Source of the DNA: Schizochytrium sp. TIO01
Lineage: Eukaryota; Protista; Bigyra: Labyrinthulomycetes
Length of the DNA stretch: 64,000 bases
Direction: 5' to 3'
Assembly: GCA_004764695.1 (NCBI GenBank)
Contig: SMSO01000031.1
Location: forward strand, 968,436 to 1,032,435
Shown: positions 1 to 12,484 of the stretch, in pieces
Layout: the number at the start of each line of letters is the position of its first letter
Position numbering within the stretch: position 1 is the stretch's first letter
Position numbers and translations under genes: made by a program
The notes under the pieces: model-generated
Database searches by the model: none
What the model saw: the letters and a program-made list of their open reading frames with translations, nothing else
Told to the model about the DNA's origin: nothing

Positions 1-1580
1 CTCTTGCAGCCGCTTACAAATACGGATCTAGTGTAAGCAACCTATGTTTGGTGAGAGTCATATTTCACATCTAACGAAAGCAAAGATGGCCAAGGTTGTG
101 AGCAGCATTCAAAGTTAGAAGAGACTCTGACAAGGAAACTCATCTACCGAGAGTGGGCTGAATACCACAGTGACACTCAGGTGTTCACGACATCATCGGA
201 ACTATAATCAAATCAACAACAATAGCAACTGTGCTCTGCCCGCCAGAGCTGTTAGGCATATACAGCAACCCAGTCCACAGACACATTTTCAACACCTTTA
301 CTTGCATGCATCATATTAAAATACACATGTATTGGTGTGATGGAACCTGAACTAGTAATAACACGAGTAGATGTAGAATAGAACTTCTCATGCGGGCAGC
401 GGATAGAATTTTTTTTTCGTCAGGTTCACCAGGCTCTTTGACTTGAGGATTGCACTATAATAAGCCACGGTTCGGGCTGTAATCGCATAAGTATATTTAT
501 CTAATCACAACCTATAGACTTGCTTCAGCTCGTATGAAATTCTCTACAACGTTTGAAGCGAGCACTGCCACCATATCTGGGCCACCCGCGATATAAACAC
601 CCCGTGGGCTTTTGCTTGCATTCAACCTTGAAAGGACGGTTTTTAAGCTTACCCTATAGGTCCTCGAAATTGCCGCAGAAAGGACGTTCATATGAGAGGA
701 TTAGATTTACAGCTGCAAAGGACAACAAATAGAACAAAGTAGAAACGAGATGAATAAGATAAGAAAGCCCAACTGTGTTTAACTGTATCCACATCAAACT
801 AAAATTACTTAGATGATAACAATGTCCCAGGAGAGCATTCTTTAGAGTTAAAATTCATAGTATTAGCCATATAACTGATTTATTTTTTTAAGCTGAACTT
901 TATGAGGTCCAGTAAAAAGTAATCAGTCCCTTTATTATTTGTGTGCTGAAAGACATAAATGCATGCTAGCTATTCAAACACATAAATTTGCTATGAAGAG
1001 TTGCCGCTCAAATAATAATTCGCAGTAATAGAAATTTAAACTACATCGCAATATACAAATGACTCATTGACATGGTGTAAGCCAACATTACTATTGAGTG
1101 TTTCATATTTATACACTATTTTGGAGAAAACTCCAAAACAAAAGTAGTGGGTATAGCTTGAGGAGAATGAGGGTGGCAGGTAGATAGATAGATACCGGTT
1201 GTACACAAGTTGAAATCTCATTTTTGAGAATCGCAAGTAGCTCAAATTTGGTCTTCAGGAAAAAGAAAGAAGGCTAATTAGCCATCCACTTCGCACGAGC
1301 AAGAAGTAGATTAAATATACAGAACAGAACAACACAGTGGAAGACAACTTGGGATATGTGGATAAAAGAGAAGAAAACTTGTAAACAATTTCTAGTGGAA
1401 CTCTGGGAGAACGGTAGTGCATCCACCGCCCTTAAAAGCGAACTAAGAATGAAAAGTCACACGAAGAGGATCAGGCACGAGAGAAAAATATCATTGCGAG
1501 TGAATAAGAAGAGGGATGCACTACCACACCCACCGCAAAAAAAGATATAATCTTCTTCATGCAGCCTAGTAGTGATCTCC

Positions 1581-2600
1581 TTACTCCGCCTTCTGCTCAA
1601 CAACACCTGCCGCGGCTGCTGAGGCAAAGCCCCGGAAGGACTTACCCTTGCGGTAGGTTTTGGCGAAACGGTCGAAAATCGTAAAAAAGTGACCAAAGTT
1701 ATAGTTGAATGCAGCATGGTGCACGTGGTGATCCTCCGGGACGTTCACGTAGAAATATTTGAGAATGTAGTCAAACGGATTTACATACTCTGAATGAATC
1801 AGCATAAAGTGCGAGCTGTACACGGTACCAAAAACAATGTAGTCCCAGTTGCTTACATGAAGAAGCTGAGCGGTGGTGAAAAGAGGAAAAAGGATGAGAG
1901 TGACAGTATCTGCAGTAGATCCATCAAAAGCATTGAACAAGTGAGGGTTCACAAAGCGATGATGCGGCTTGTGTGAAATTTTATAAAAGTCAGGCAGAGC
2001 GTGCTCCAGCACGTGAAATGTGTAGGTGAAAAGATCCACCATAAGAAGCTGAAAAAGTACGTTAGACCACTGCATCGGCTTATCATAATCGTAGTAGCTC
2101 TCCGGCATTAGGCGGAACATCCAAGTAATGCACAAGTAGGGCAGCATGAGCAAAAAGGCGCCCGGGTTGGACAGGTGGTGCTTCACATCAGCCCAGAAGG
2201 TACGCTCATACGGCGTCGGCTTAATCTGAATACGCGGGTTAAGCATAGACGGATCCTTAATGATCTCTCTGCGAACATACTGGTAAAACACCAGACAAAG
2301 CTGTGCGATCATTACAGAGCCAATGCCGCATCCGAGGCCAAAGGCATCAGGCCAGGGAGTGTTGCGGTAGCGCATTGTTCGCTCCACTACATGGTACAAG
2401 CAGTATGCAATAGACACAAGAGAAATGCCTACAGAGATACGCTTTACCTGCTCATTGGGTCCACGCTTGTCCATGCCAGCGAGACCTCCGAGGAAAAGGA
2501 GAGCGCTGCATCCTGCGAAAACCGCAATAGCCGGAGCCATTTCTGTGGAGGCGTATGCCTCAAGCAGCTGAGCGCCGCGCGTAAAATTGCTCTCGTTCAT
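1581..2600 (-). CDS. Fatty acid hydroxylase superfamily protein (sterol desaturase / C4-methyl oxidase-like)
   Basis: 339-aa ORF with several hydrophobic segments and the three His boxes of membrane di-iron enzymes: HVLEH, HKPHH, HHVHH, followed by NFGHFFTIFDRFAKTY. Exact substrate cannot be assigned. Confidence 0.85.
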   Translation of the reverse strand: MNESNFTRGAQLLEAYASTEMAPAIAVFAGCSALLFLGGLAGMDKRGPNEQVKRISVGISLVSIAYCLYHVVERTMRYRNTPWPDAFGLGCGIGSVMIAQLCLVFYQYVRREIIKDPSMLNPRIQIKPTPYERTFWADVKHHLSNPGAFLLMLPYLCITWMFRLMPESYYDYDKPMQWSNVLFQLLMVDLFTYTFHVLEHALPDFYKISHKPHHRFVNPHLFNAFDGSTADTVTLILFPLFTTAQLLHVSNWDYIVFGTVYSSHFMLIHSEYVNPFDYILKYFYVNVPEDHHVHHAAFNYNFGHFFTIFDRFAKTYRKGKSFRGFASAAAAGVVEQKAE

Positions 2601-3512
2601 GTTGTTAATGAGGTAGAGAAATTTATCAAAAGATCCCTGCTGTAGATTTGAGCACTCAGAGAACAGGCGCTAAAGTTTCAAGGTTGAACAAACAAGATGT
2701 CTCTAGGTCCACGGAAGAACTTTTATTAAAGAAGGTCTGCTTTGTGTGTGAATACACTACGATTGAATTTACACTCCGTCGAGATCCTCGGCAGAATTAA
2801 ATGATGAGCGAGCCGTCGGTTGATCGGTCTCGTTCTTGTGCAAGCAAAAACCACCTGAATGAATGAATGAATGAACCAGATCTCGAGATTGCTTTCTCAC
2901 CTCACAGCGTCACCGCCGATGTCCACCAGAGACTTTCTAGCCACGTGAGTAGCAGTGTTCGCGGCGCTGGGCCGTTTCTAGCGACTACGTTCAACACGCT
3001 ACGCTCGCACCTCAGCGAGCGAGCGAGCTGACGATCCCTCGAGCAATTATCGATATGGCGCACCGAGCGATTGTTTGCGTGTGTCGGTCGGGGCCTTCGT
3101 TCCTCCTTATTAGCACTACTCTTACTCATCATCATCGTCATTACTTCCCATCATCATTTTTTAATGAATTAGATTAAACTATATTATTATATAGTACCAC
3201 ACATGTTTTGTTATCACTTTTCCACTTTGTTTGTTTAAACTAAATTAAAAAGAAGAAGAAGAAGCCTTGCAAATTACATAACAGTAACTTTCAATCTATT
3301 CTCCTGCTTACCGCACATCCTCATCACATGAGCTTTAGTTTAGCCATTCTGGCGATAAACGATGACTGACTAAAACTGCTTTTGGAATCACTCCTCATGT
3401 ATAATACACATCTCATCTCTCTCTGCTGCTAGCACACCCTGCTATCCAGCCGTAGCTGCTTTCTCTCTTTCTCTCTTTCTCTCTCTTTCTTCATTCGGCA
3501 CTTAACGAAAAA

Positions 3513-3573
3513 TGTTTGTTTGTTTGTTTGTTTGTTTGTTTGTTTGTTTGTTTGTTTGTTTGTTTGTTTGTTT
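3513..3573. repeat. (TTTG)n microsatellite
   Basis: About 15 perfect TTTG units seen directly. Confidence 0.95.
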
Positions 3574-6445
3574 ACGAAGGGGACTAAACTTATGTGGATG
3601 AGCTGAGAAAGAGCGAAGAATGAGAAGGCAAGCAAGAGAGCAGGCCTAGGCGAAAGGGCCGCAGGCGATGGCCACATGGCAGCGACCCGTGCGTACGGAC
3701 TCCGTAGAGCTCTAGGCTTTGCAAGCCACTTCCTTCCTGAGCCTGAGTCCCTGACCACCTTCCTTCCTTATTTGCTCCTTCCTTCGTGATGGGTGCGATG
3801 AATTTATTTTAGTCAATTGTTCATCTCATTCCTCGCTGCAGCAGCATAATAAGAGTCGCTATGGGATGACTAGCCGTCGCACGGTGTTCTATGTCGATAC
3901 TTACTGCCATATTACCCAATACAGCAAAAATTTTAACTCGATTAAAGATTTGTGCTCTTCAGGCGTTGGTTTGCACATACAAGTTACGACCCATCGCGCT
4001 TCCACAACACTGACCGCTGGTGCCTCAGGCTATTCCTTGCAACTGCCATCGAAACGGCGATGCGTAATTGGGCGCCAAGATGCCGCTGCGAAGAGCTCAA
4101 GGCCCAGCGGACGAGCGGCAAACAACGAGGAAACAGACTATAATCAATGATGGGGATGCAATCGAAGAGGACCTCCAAATTCTTCAGATTGTGCAACGTT
4201 CCACATGTTCCGGCAAGCACTCTGGTCCTTAATAGGACAAAAACGAAAGAAACCATTCGCTGCCTCCACTCAGTCGAAGAACTGAGGTTACTGCAGACAC
4301 CCAAAGAGAACTCAGGAAGTCTTTGAGCTTGGAGAGAGGTCTGTGGTGAGAGGATGGGGCTTGGGTAATCTTAGTTCACCCGATGGCACGACGCTCGAGA
4401 CGCAGAACTCCAGGCTGGCGGAACCTGGGGGCCAGCGCAAGAGATGGATGACGCCAGAACGTCCAATATCATTTTCGAGGTCTAAGAACTTGGCTGCGGG
4501 CTGAAAAAAGCTAGCCAGCGCCACCAAAGTATGAAAGAAAGGCCCCCGGAGTAAGATTGAGTGTGCTTGCTGATATATAACTTGAGACTGTGCATGCACG
4601 CTTCCCTCTAGGCGGTCTCAGACACCCGATTCGGAGTGGAGCTGCTGCACGCAAATTCATATTTGTAGGAGGCAGTTCTTCTGGGTAAACTCGTATAGTA
4701 TCTATTAAAACACCAATCCGCACAATCTCGGTAAAGAACAGAACAAAATAGAACTTGTGGAATAAGTAGAACTTTAAGAACATATAGAAGTGAACGAAAC
4801 GATTCACAGAAATACGGAGGAATGAAAGAACGCGGAGAACTCGAGAATTAGGAGGAAAAACGTTTCTAAAAAGGGTAAAATTGTGGAGAGAGAATAACTT
4901 TTAAAATTAAAAAACAAATTAAGAGAAAAGGAGTTGCATGTGAATATGTGGATGGAAAAGGAGTTCGAGGGCTACGAGTATGTTGGAAGGAATGAATGAA
5001 TGATTGAATGAATGATGTTCTGAAACAATAACGATCGAGATCCGAAGAAGGGTGGTGCTGAGAGATACGGACAAGCCAGCTTTGACCTTACATACCTCAA
5101 GAAGATCGCGAAGTTCTCGTTGCTGTGCTCATCTTTACAAACTCCGAACTTGTGTAAATGCATATGGCAAAGCACTTTGATTTTAGTAGAAACAGTTAAA
5201 CATAACAGAAACATAAATTTTGACGAGAGCAAGTTGGACCAAAGTCAGAATGCGAAGATACGACATGTCATCCATTCTCGTGGTCAGAATCTGACACTGC
5301 TCTGGATTCAATCTATCGAATAGAAAACCACCTCAGATTATAGATTGTCAAGGAAAAGGAGGATTGATTGAGTGCACACTATTTTCATTTGTATCTAATA
5401 GTATGATCATATGGCAAACTAATATACTATAGCCTGCATAGATTTATTTTAATTAAAATTTTACAATATCGTTCTCGTCACTCATGATTCTCTTTTTATT
5501 CACCACGGACGCTCTTTCTCACCTTGGGCTTCCAGGAGCTTAGCCGAGCAATCCTTGCGGAAGAGTCCTCGCTCCCTCGGCCGCAACAAGCAGGACCTGA
5601 GCCACGGTCTATGCTCGCGATCGTGATGACTGGACGAGGGAGCAGATTTTTGCCAGCAAGATATAGTGGTTGACGAACGACGAGGTTCGACGATCAATGC
5701 TGCCAACTTGCAGAAGAAACAACAAACAAACGATCGAGGAGACAGCCTTAGCTAGCCTTTTGAGGATATCAGACCTCGTTTCGACAAGCCACAGACTGCT
5801 GTGAGCCAGGGCGAAATCTATGAAGCAAACCTGACGATACAGAAGATAACTCCTCAGAAATCACAGTAGCGTAGCTTCATGATCTTGGTACATAAGAGCT
5901 AGGCACAACGCTCTTGAAGACTATACATTCTAAAGTACTTTACTATAAATTCCAGTTCCCAATCGATTCCTTTCATAAATATAATACCAGTTTTGCCTGT
6001 AATTATGCTTGTACTAAAGGAGGACAGGAAGGCTTACGCGATGAACCTGAAGAAGAAAACCTTGGGGACTTTATTTGGATCTTTTCTTTTCTTTTCTTCT
6101 GCATGTAAAGTATTTCTTCCTGTTCATCTGGGTTCATGATATTTTCACGAAGAATCAGGCATCGCAATCAGTTGTCTGCATTTCAGGCAGTGTAGGAAGC
6201 ATATCACCATGAAGGTATTTTAGAGAACTGCAGTAGAAATGAAAACAATCGAAATTCCTACTTGAGCATTTGTTTCTGTGTTACTTACTCTAATGTGATT
6301 ATTGCTTTTTCATAAGCAACCGGCGGCCCTAGGATTTCAGAAATGGTACATAATTTCTCAAAACTCCAAGTGAACTAAAAGTGGTGATTGGTTCATGAAA
6401 AGGCCGCAAGCGACATCTGTATCGAAAATTTTCAACTGTATCATA

Positions 6446-7126
6446 TAGTCTAGAGTAGTTGGGCACAATCTGAATGATTGCGAATGCCAAGGGCGACGCA
6501 GATGAAAACTAGGCTCAAGACTAGTGTATACGACTTTGAACTACCTAACCGAACACGATGGCGTTATTTTGTTTGCTGTCACTAGTGCCAATACTTTCAT
6601 AGCTCAATTATACGACTATGCAGATATTGTAGAGGTTCAATTTCTATGATAGGCATCGTGACTTTTGAACTGGAAAAAATAGTGCAGCATAGGAAATCTA
6701 TCTACTTGGAATACACCAATCGCCATCCTGCCAATTATAACACGGACTGCGCATGCTTCACATTAGGTTACCTGAAGGCTGATATTTAGTCAAGAGTAGT
6801 TGGGCACAATCTGAATGATTGCGAATGCCAAGGGCGACGCAGATGAAAACTAGGCTCAAGACTAGTGTATACGACTTTGAACTACCTAACCGAACACGAT
6901 GGCGTTATTTTGTTTGCTGTCACTAGTGCCAATACTTTCATAGCTCAATTATACGACTATGCAGATATTGTAGAGGTTCAATTTCTATGATAGGCATCGT
7001 GACTTTTGAACTGGAAAAAATAGTGCAGCACAGGAAATCTATCTACTTGGAATACACCAATCGCCATCCTGCCAATTCTAACACGTACTGCGCATGCTTC
7101 ACATTAGGTTACCTGAAGGCTGATAT
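6446..7126. repeat. Tandem duplication, 2 x 341 bp
   Basis: 6446-6786 and 6787-7126 align at offset 341 (tagtc.agagtagttgggcac ... cctgaaggctgatat) with about 4 substitutions by eye. Confidence 0.93.
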
Positions 7127-7674
7127 GCAACAGGCTCGATCGATGACACATCTTCAAGCTCTCTGTTTCTGAAGCCAGCGATTTTTCACTTTAGATATTT
7201 TGTTGAAAGTTGAAGATAATTTTATTTAATATAATTATTACTCTTTAAAAATAAATTGTAAAATTACAAGAAGTTTTCCTTAGCCTTTCTCATAAATAAA
7301 TTATAAAATTGACCTAGTGGAGACACTGATACTACGTCCCACTGACTCCCAGCTGGTCCGACGAGGTAAGTCCTGATAGTAGTAACTCATAGCAAAACCC
7401 ATCGTTGAAAAGTGTGGAGCTACTAGTACGTATGCCTATCACTACTATTGACGGTAATGATGATGGCGCGAACACTGACGCACAATTCTTTCAGGCTCGA
7501 GGCAAGAACCCGAAGCACTCGATTCGCTGTCCAGGTTGGGAGCACTGCCTCGGTAGGTACCAAACTTCCACAGACCCAAGGCTTGGGGTCCCGGCTGTCT
7601 CTCGCTTTCCACCGCCAAGGCCTTTGTTTGTTTTCGTCTCAATCTTCGTTCTTCAGTTCTCATTTACATGTTGG

Positions 7675-8044
7675 TTAGGTTAGGTTAGGGTAGGTTAGGT
7701 TAGGTTAGGTTGGATGCTCGGCCTCAGTCTCTCCACCGGCTGTTCGCGAGACCAGCGACCTGACGCTGGCGCAAGCAGTAACGATCGCGACGGCTGGCGC
7801 TTCCTGCCATCCAGGAAGGCCCGACGATATCCAAATCCACGAAGGAAGCATTGAGCAGGCCCGCATGAGGCAGCCGATCCCAGGCCCGCCCCTTTGCGCC
7901 TGAGGCCACGATGGCGCTCGCATGCGCAACATCGGTGATGGAAGAGCGCACACGTAGGGACTATGTGAATAAGTCCCCGTACATAGGCCTCTTTCATTTA
8001 TTGATGGGCTGATAGACCACTATGTTAGGTTAGGTTAGGTTAGG
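7675..8044 (+). repeat. Two interstitial (TTAGG)n tracts flanking a ~315-bp GC-rich segment
   Basis: 7 units at 7675-7709 (one GTAGG variant) and 4 units at 8025-8044, same orientation. Confidence 0.85.
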
Positions 8045-8835
8045 TTTGATTGCGTGTGTTGGATGGCGCGATCGTGGGGGGCGCCAGATAATTTGATAAA
8101 CTCATTGAGGTTAATTTTTAGAGACTTCGAAGAATCATTGGCAAGAGAACTATGTATTGGGCAGGTTCTGGCTGGTTTGTTTGAGCCAGCGGTGGATGAC
8201 TGAAATGTTATGGAGCAGAGTTTAGCTGGCTGTCTTGGTCTAGAGGGTTTCGATAAGAGGACATGTTACGATTGATGGTGGTGTGCTGACCCACTTGGCC
8301 TTTTGAAAAGACCAAAATTTGCGTAAACATCGAGTGTTGGAAAAGAAAGTTTAGCAAGATTTTTGATAGATTAATTAATTGATTGTGGTGATCTGAAGAG
8401 AAGCGATGATCATAAATTGCAGGACAACGTACCACACTGCATAGCCTACTTCGTGACCGCAATAAGTAACCATTCCAGCTAGCGAGTGATATGTGTTAGG
8501 ATGAAAGCATTTTGCGGAAAAGTGATACCTACACAAAGGATTAGTTGAGGGTAAGTAAAAGAAAAGCAAAAGCACTAAATTTAGCGCTAAATCATCTGAG
8601 TTGGGTGCGTCAGCTCAGATCTCCTTTTGACGATTGATTGAGACAGCAAGTGCTCGATCGTGGAGAGCAAAACCGGATCATCCAGAGGCTTCTCGCGTGG
8701 AGGCGAAAGAAGCTTGGTCGGCTTGGGTCCTACTCGCTTGGTGCGAGAAAGAGGCCTTTGCACACTCACTTGGATAAGCTGATCTGATATCACAGTTGTG
8801 AGCGAGAGTTTAACCTCGATAAAGTGGCCGCCAAG

Positions 8836-11496
8836 ATGGATCAGATCTCCACAGCCTCGGTCCTCGCGACAGTAAACCGTCTCATTGCTGAAGCCAAAAA
8901 TGGTCAGCCTGGAGCCCGCAAGACTCTTCTCAGCGGTGCTGGAGCTTTTCTGCTCGTGCTCTGGATGGCGTTCTCAGTCTTCCAGCACCGCCGTCAGAAT
9001 ATTGCTGACAAGAAAGCGCGCGCAGAAACTCGTCGCAAAAACGAAGAGGCTCAGAAATCCATCAAAGAAAAGCTCAAGTTACCCGTGCGTCCAGGCAAAG
9101 GCGACTGGAAGTTTATGACTGGCAAGCCGAGCGTTGGTGAGCTCGAGATTTTGGGATGCGGTATTGGTCGTGCCACATGGCTCCCAACGGAGGAGGATTC
9201 CTCTAAAAGCTTTCCTTTTGATCGTGAAAAGAATGCAAACGCTAACGATCAGGTCTTTCGTGATCTCCAGCTTAGCAGAGACAACAGTGGCGGATCCACT
9301 GGCGTTCAGACCGCTGTTGAGGCTGAAGAGGGCAACTCTGAAGCCGAAAAGGCTGCCACCACCGCCGCTCGAGGATCTGTATTCTATTCTAGACTTCAAA
9401 CAGAAGAGGGATGGTGGGCTGGAGATTATGGAGGTCCCATGTTCCTTTTGCCTGGCCTTGTGATTGCATGCTACACAACTAACGTAGACCTCGGAGTCGC
9501 TCGTAAAGCTGCAATCTTACGGTACATAATGAACCATCAACAAGCAGTAGATGGAGGCTGGGGTATGCACATTGAGGGCCACAGCACTGTATTCGGCAGC
9601 GTTCTTAACTACACAGCAGCACGCCTCGTTGGTCTTAAGCGTGACGATCCTCGGGCGAAGCGTGCTGTAGAGTTTATCAAGTCTCATGGTGGGGCTGTTG
9701 CGGCTCCTCAATGGGGCAAGTTCTGGTTGGCCACCCTCGGAGCGTATGATTGGGCAGGTGTCAACCCAGTACCCCCAGAACTTTGGCTTTTGCCTTACTG
9801 GTTTCCATTCCACCCTGGCCGGATGTGGTGCCATTGCAGAATGGTGTATCTTCCCATGAGCGCTCTGTTTGGATCTCGCTGGGTTTACGAAAAAGCTGAA
9901 GACGACCCTATTGTGGCAGAACTCCGTGAAGAGCTCTACGCCACAAAGTACTCGGAAATCAACTGGGGGTCCTTTGGAGTGCGTGAGTGCATTGCCCCGA
10001 CTGATCTTTACAACCCACAGAGCTGGATCATGACCGCTGCAAACCATGTATTGCACAACACACTTGAGAACCCGATCGTGAGGGCCATTTTCCACTATCC
10101 CCTCAATGCTCTCCGTAAGCGTGGTGTCAAGTTTGCGTATGACTATGTGCATGCAGAGGATGTCCACACGAACTGGATTGACATTGGACCTGTGAACAAG
10201 GCGTTTCACATCACTGCCAACTACGCTGCTTTTGGCGCCGACTCCCCTAACTTCCTTCGCCACGTCGCACGTATTGATGACTACCTTTGGCTTGCCGAGG
10301 ACGGCCTCAAGATGCAAGGTTACAATGGATCCATGTTCTGGGACACCTGCTTTGCAACTCATGCTCTTGCGAACGCTGTCGTTGCATCTAAGCTTAAGAA
10401 CGACCAAACAGTGATTAGTGATGACGACCGTGAGCATATGTACCGCTGTCTGGTCAATGCCTCCAAGTTTGTGGATGACATGCAGGTTCGTGAGGACGTG
10501 TGGGAGCGCCACAATTACTTCCGTGACAAGTCTTGCGGTGGATGGCCTTTCAGCTCTCGTGACCACGGTTGGCCTATCTCTGACTGCACAGCTGAGGGTC
10601 TCCGCGCTGCACTCCTCCTGAGTACTTTTCCGGACTTCAAGGACGACAAAAACTTGCACCACATCCCCCAGGAGCGTATCGAGCAGGCTGCCACCATTAT
10701 TATCGAATTGCAAAACACTTCAACAGATCAGGGATGGGCTTCGTACGAGCTTAACCGTGGCTTTGACTGGTACGAACTCCTTAACCCGGCCCAAGTCTTT
10801 GGAGATATCATGATCGATTATTCCTATGTTGAGTGCAGTTCCGCTTCTGTCCAGGCCCTCTGCGAGTTTGCCAAGCGTTTTCCAGATTCCAAGTATGCCG
10901 AGGCTGCTCTAGAATCAGCCGCGAAGGGTGTTGATTTCATTATCAGCAAGCAGCGCCCCACCGGCGCCTGGTATGGATCCTGGGCTGTCTGCTTTACCTA
11001 TGGAGCCTGGTTTGGTGTCGAGGGCCTGGTTTGCGCTCTTGATACACTTGGTGACCGCCTTTCTGCAAAGACTCGCGACGCTGCTAAGAAGACTCTTGTC
11101 AAGGGCTGCGACTACTTGCTCTCTATGCAGGACCCGAATGATGGTGGTTGGGGCGAATCTGTCAAGGCATGTGCTGTAAAGGAATGGGTTCCTGCTGATT
11201 GCAGCCAGGTTGTTAACACTGCTTGGTCCCTTTTGGCTCTCCTTCGCGCCACTGAGTACCTCAGTAAGGTTGATGCAGACAGCACTGATTTTGTCGATAA
11301 GCTCAAGGTTGCGTCTGACCGTGCCAGCAAGTTCTTGCGCCAGCGTCAGCTTCCTGATGGTGACTGGGCCCAAGAGGGCATTTCTGGTGTGTTTAACAAG
11401 TCTTGTTCCATCACCTATACTGCGTACCGCAACGTTTTCCCCATTTGGGCACTCTCTCGCTACGCGATTGTGAACATTGAAGCACAGAAGAAGTAA
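8836..11496 (+). CDS. CAS1: 2,3-oxidosqualene cyclase, cycloartenol synthase type
   Basis: GDYGGPMFL, MWCHCRMVYLPM, catalytic SDCTAE and QW repeats (QQAVDGGW, QRPTGAW, QDPNDGGW, QLPDGDW). Product-determining residues match cycloartenol synthases: MQGYNGS (Tyr), DHGWPISDCTAE (His, Ile). First ATG is at 8836; the track starts at an upstream GTG. Confidence 0.93.
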   Translation: MDQISTASVLATVNRLIAEAKNGQPGARKTLLSGAGAFLLVLWMAFSVFQHRRQNIADKKARAETRRKNEEAQKSIKEKLKLPVRPGKGDWKFMTGKPSVGELEILGCGIGRATWLPTEEDSSKSFPFDREKNANANDQVFRDLQLSRDNSGGSTGVQTAVEAEEGNSEAEKAATTAARGSVFYSRLQTEEGWWAGDYGGPMFLLPGLVIACYTTNVDLGVARKAAILRYIMNHQQAVDGGWGMHIEGHSTVFGSVLNYTAARLVGLKRDDPRAKRAVEFIKSHGGAVAAPQWGKFWLATLGAYDWAGVNPVPPELWLLPYWFPFHPGRMWCHCRMVYLPMSALFGSRWVYEKAEDDPIVAELREELYATKYSEINWGSFGVRECIAPTDLYNPQSWIMTAANHVLHNTLENPIVRAIFHYPLNALRKRGVKFAYDYVHAEDVHTNWIDIGPVNKAFHITANYAAFGADSPNFLRHVARIDDYLWLAEDGLKMQGYNGSMFWDTCFATHALANAVVASKLKNDQTVISDDDREHMYRCLVNASKFVDDMQVREDVWERHNYFRDKSCGGWPFSSRDHGWPISDCTAEGLRAALLLSTFPDFKDDKNLHHIPQERIEQAATIIIELQNTSTDQGWASYELNRGFDWYELLNPAQVFGDIMIDYSYVECSSASVQALCEFAKRFPDSKYAEAALESAAKGVDFIISKQRPTGAWYGSWAVCFTYGAWFGVEGLVCALDTLGDRLSAKTRDAAKKTLVKGCDYLLSMQDPNDGGWGESVKACAVKEWVPADCSQVVNTAWSLLALLRATEYLSKVDADSTDFVDKLKVASDRASKFLRQRQLPDGDWAQEGISGVFNKSCSITYTAYRNVFPIWALSRYAIVNIEAQKK

Positions 11497-12484
11497 ACTT
11501 TACCATCACAGAGATTGGCAGTTATTGCTGCAGAAGACCACATGTTTTAAAGTCATTATAGCAAGTGCCTCAGTTGATTGTTCTGTAATTTCCCCTTGTC
11601 TACACACCAAAAAATGGGACTGATGAGACGTTCTAATTTTACTTTTTAAAATATATAGAAAATAAACTTTTCGTTTTCTAATAAGCATTCATCTTTCTCT
11701 ATAAAGCACAACCTCATGTACAGGATTATCAACGCAAAGACTCACTATGACTTGGTTAGTTATTCTTATGCTGAGGTAAAACTAGTTTTCTCCATGACGG
11801 AAGCTATCAAGAACTGAGCAAAATTCGTCAAATTGCAAAAGCAACAAAGAGCTCATTTTATTGTCTTACTTTTTGAAAGATATAATTATAATCTTTTGAT
11901 TTTGTATATCGACGCGCTACCTGGTAAGAGAAAGAAACGCATTTTGAAGGCAACGGCATTTGCAACAACATGTGTTAGCCTTAGGTGCATGTTTCTTGTA
12001 TATTTTTATTTCTTTTTAAATAGGTGATACTCGCTGCCAATCGAAGAGGGCGCGAGAGCACACTTAGATCGATGAAGAGCTTGACATTGTCTTAGGTGGT
12101 TGCAACTGTCGTTTGAGTGGGTATTTTGCCTGACAGGACTTTAATATCCTCCTTAGGTGGATGAGGGTACATGTTTCTAATATTATTTGATGCACAGACA
12201 TGTTGTAAGAGAGACCCCTCTTTTTTACTGGAGGCAAACCAACCGGCTTGTTTAAGGCAAGTAATATTCAATCTCCTTGCGACAAACTACGCAAGAAGAT
12301 AGTATCTGGGTAAAGGAGGAAACGGTGGGGTGGTAAATAGACATCTCATTCATCAAAGAGTTTTGACGATTCCTTTTTGTCTTTTCCGCAAGCGCTCAAA
12401 GGTGGAAAGAAGAATTTACAAATGCAAACAGAATCGTGCCCCCCACAGAGGGTTTCGCCAACGACTATTCGTGGCTCCTTAACG

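Noticed and set aside
2800-2858. ATGATGA...CTGA spaced like a box C/D snoRNA
   Set aside because: No terminal stem or recognisable rRNA-antisense element; the CTGA merges into a (GAAT)n microsatellite.
3984-4599. Coding-like fragments on the minus strand (e.g. LHNLKNLEVL)
   Set aside because: Short, in several frames with stops, no recognisable family; cannot be supported as a gene or pseudogene.
9517-10713. 398-aa antisense ORF inside the oxidosqualene cyclase
   Set aside because: Shadow ORF from codon bias on the opposite strand; no recognisable domain.
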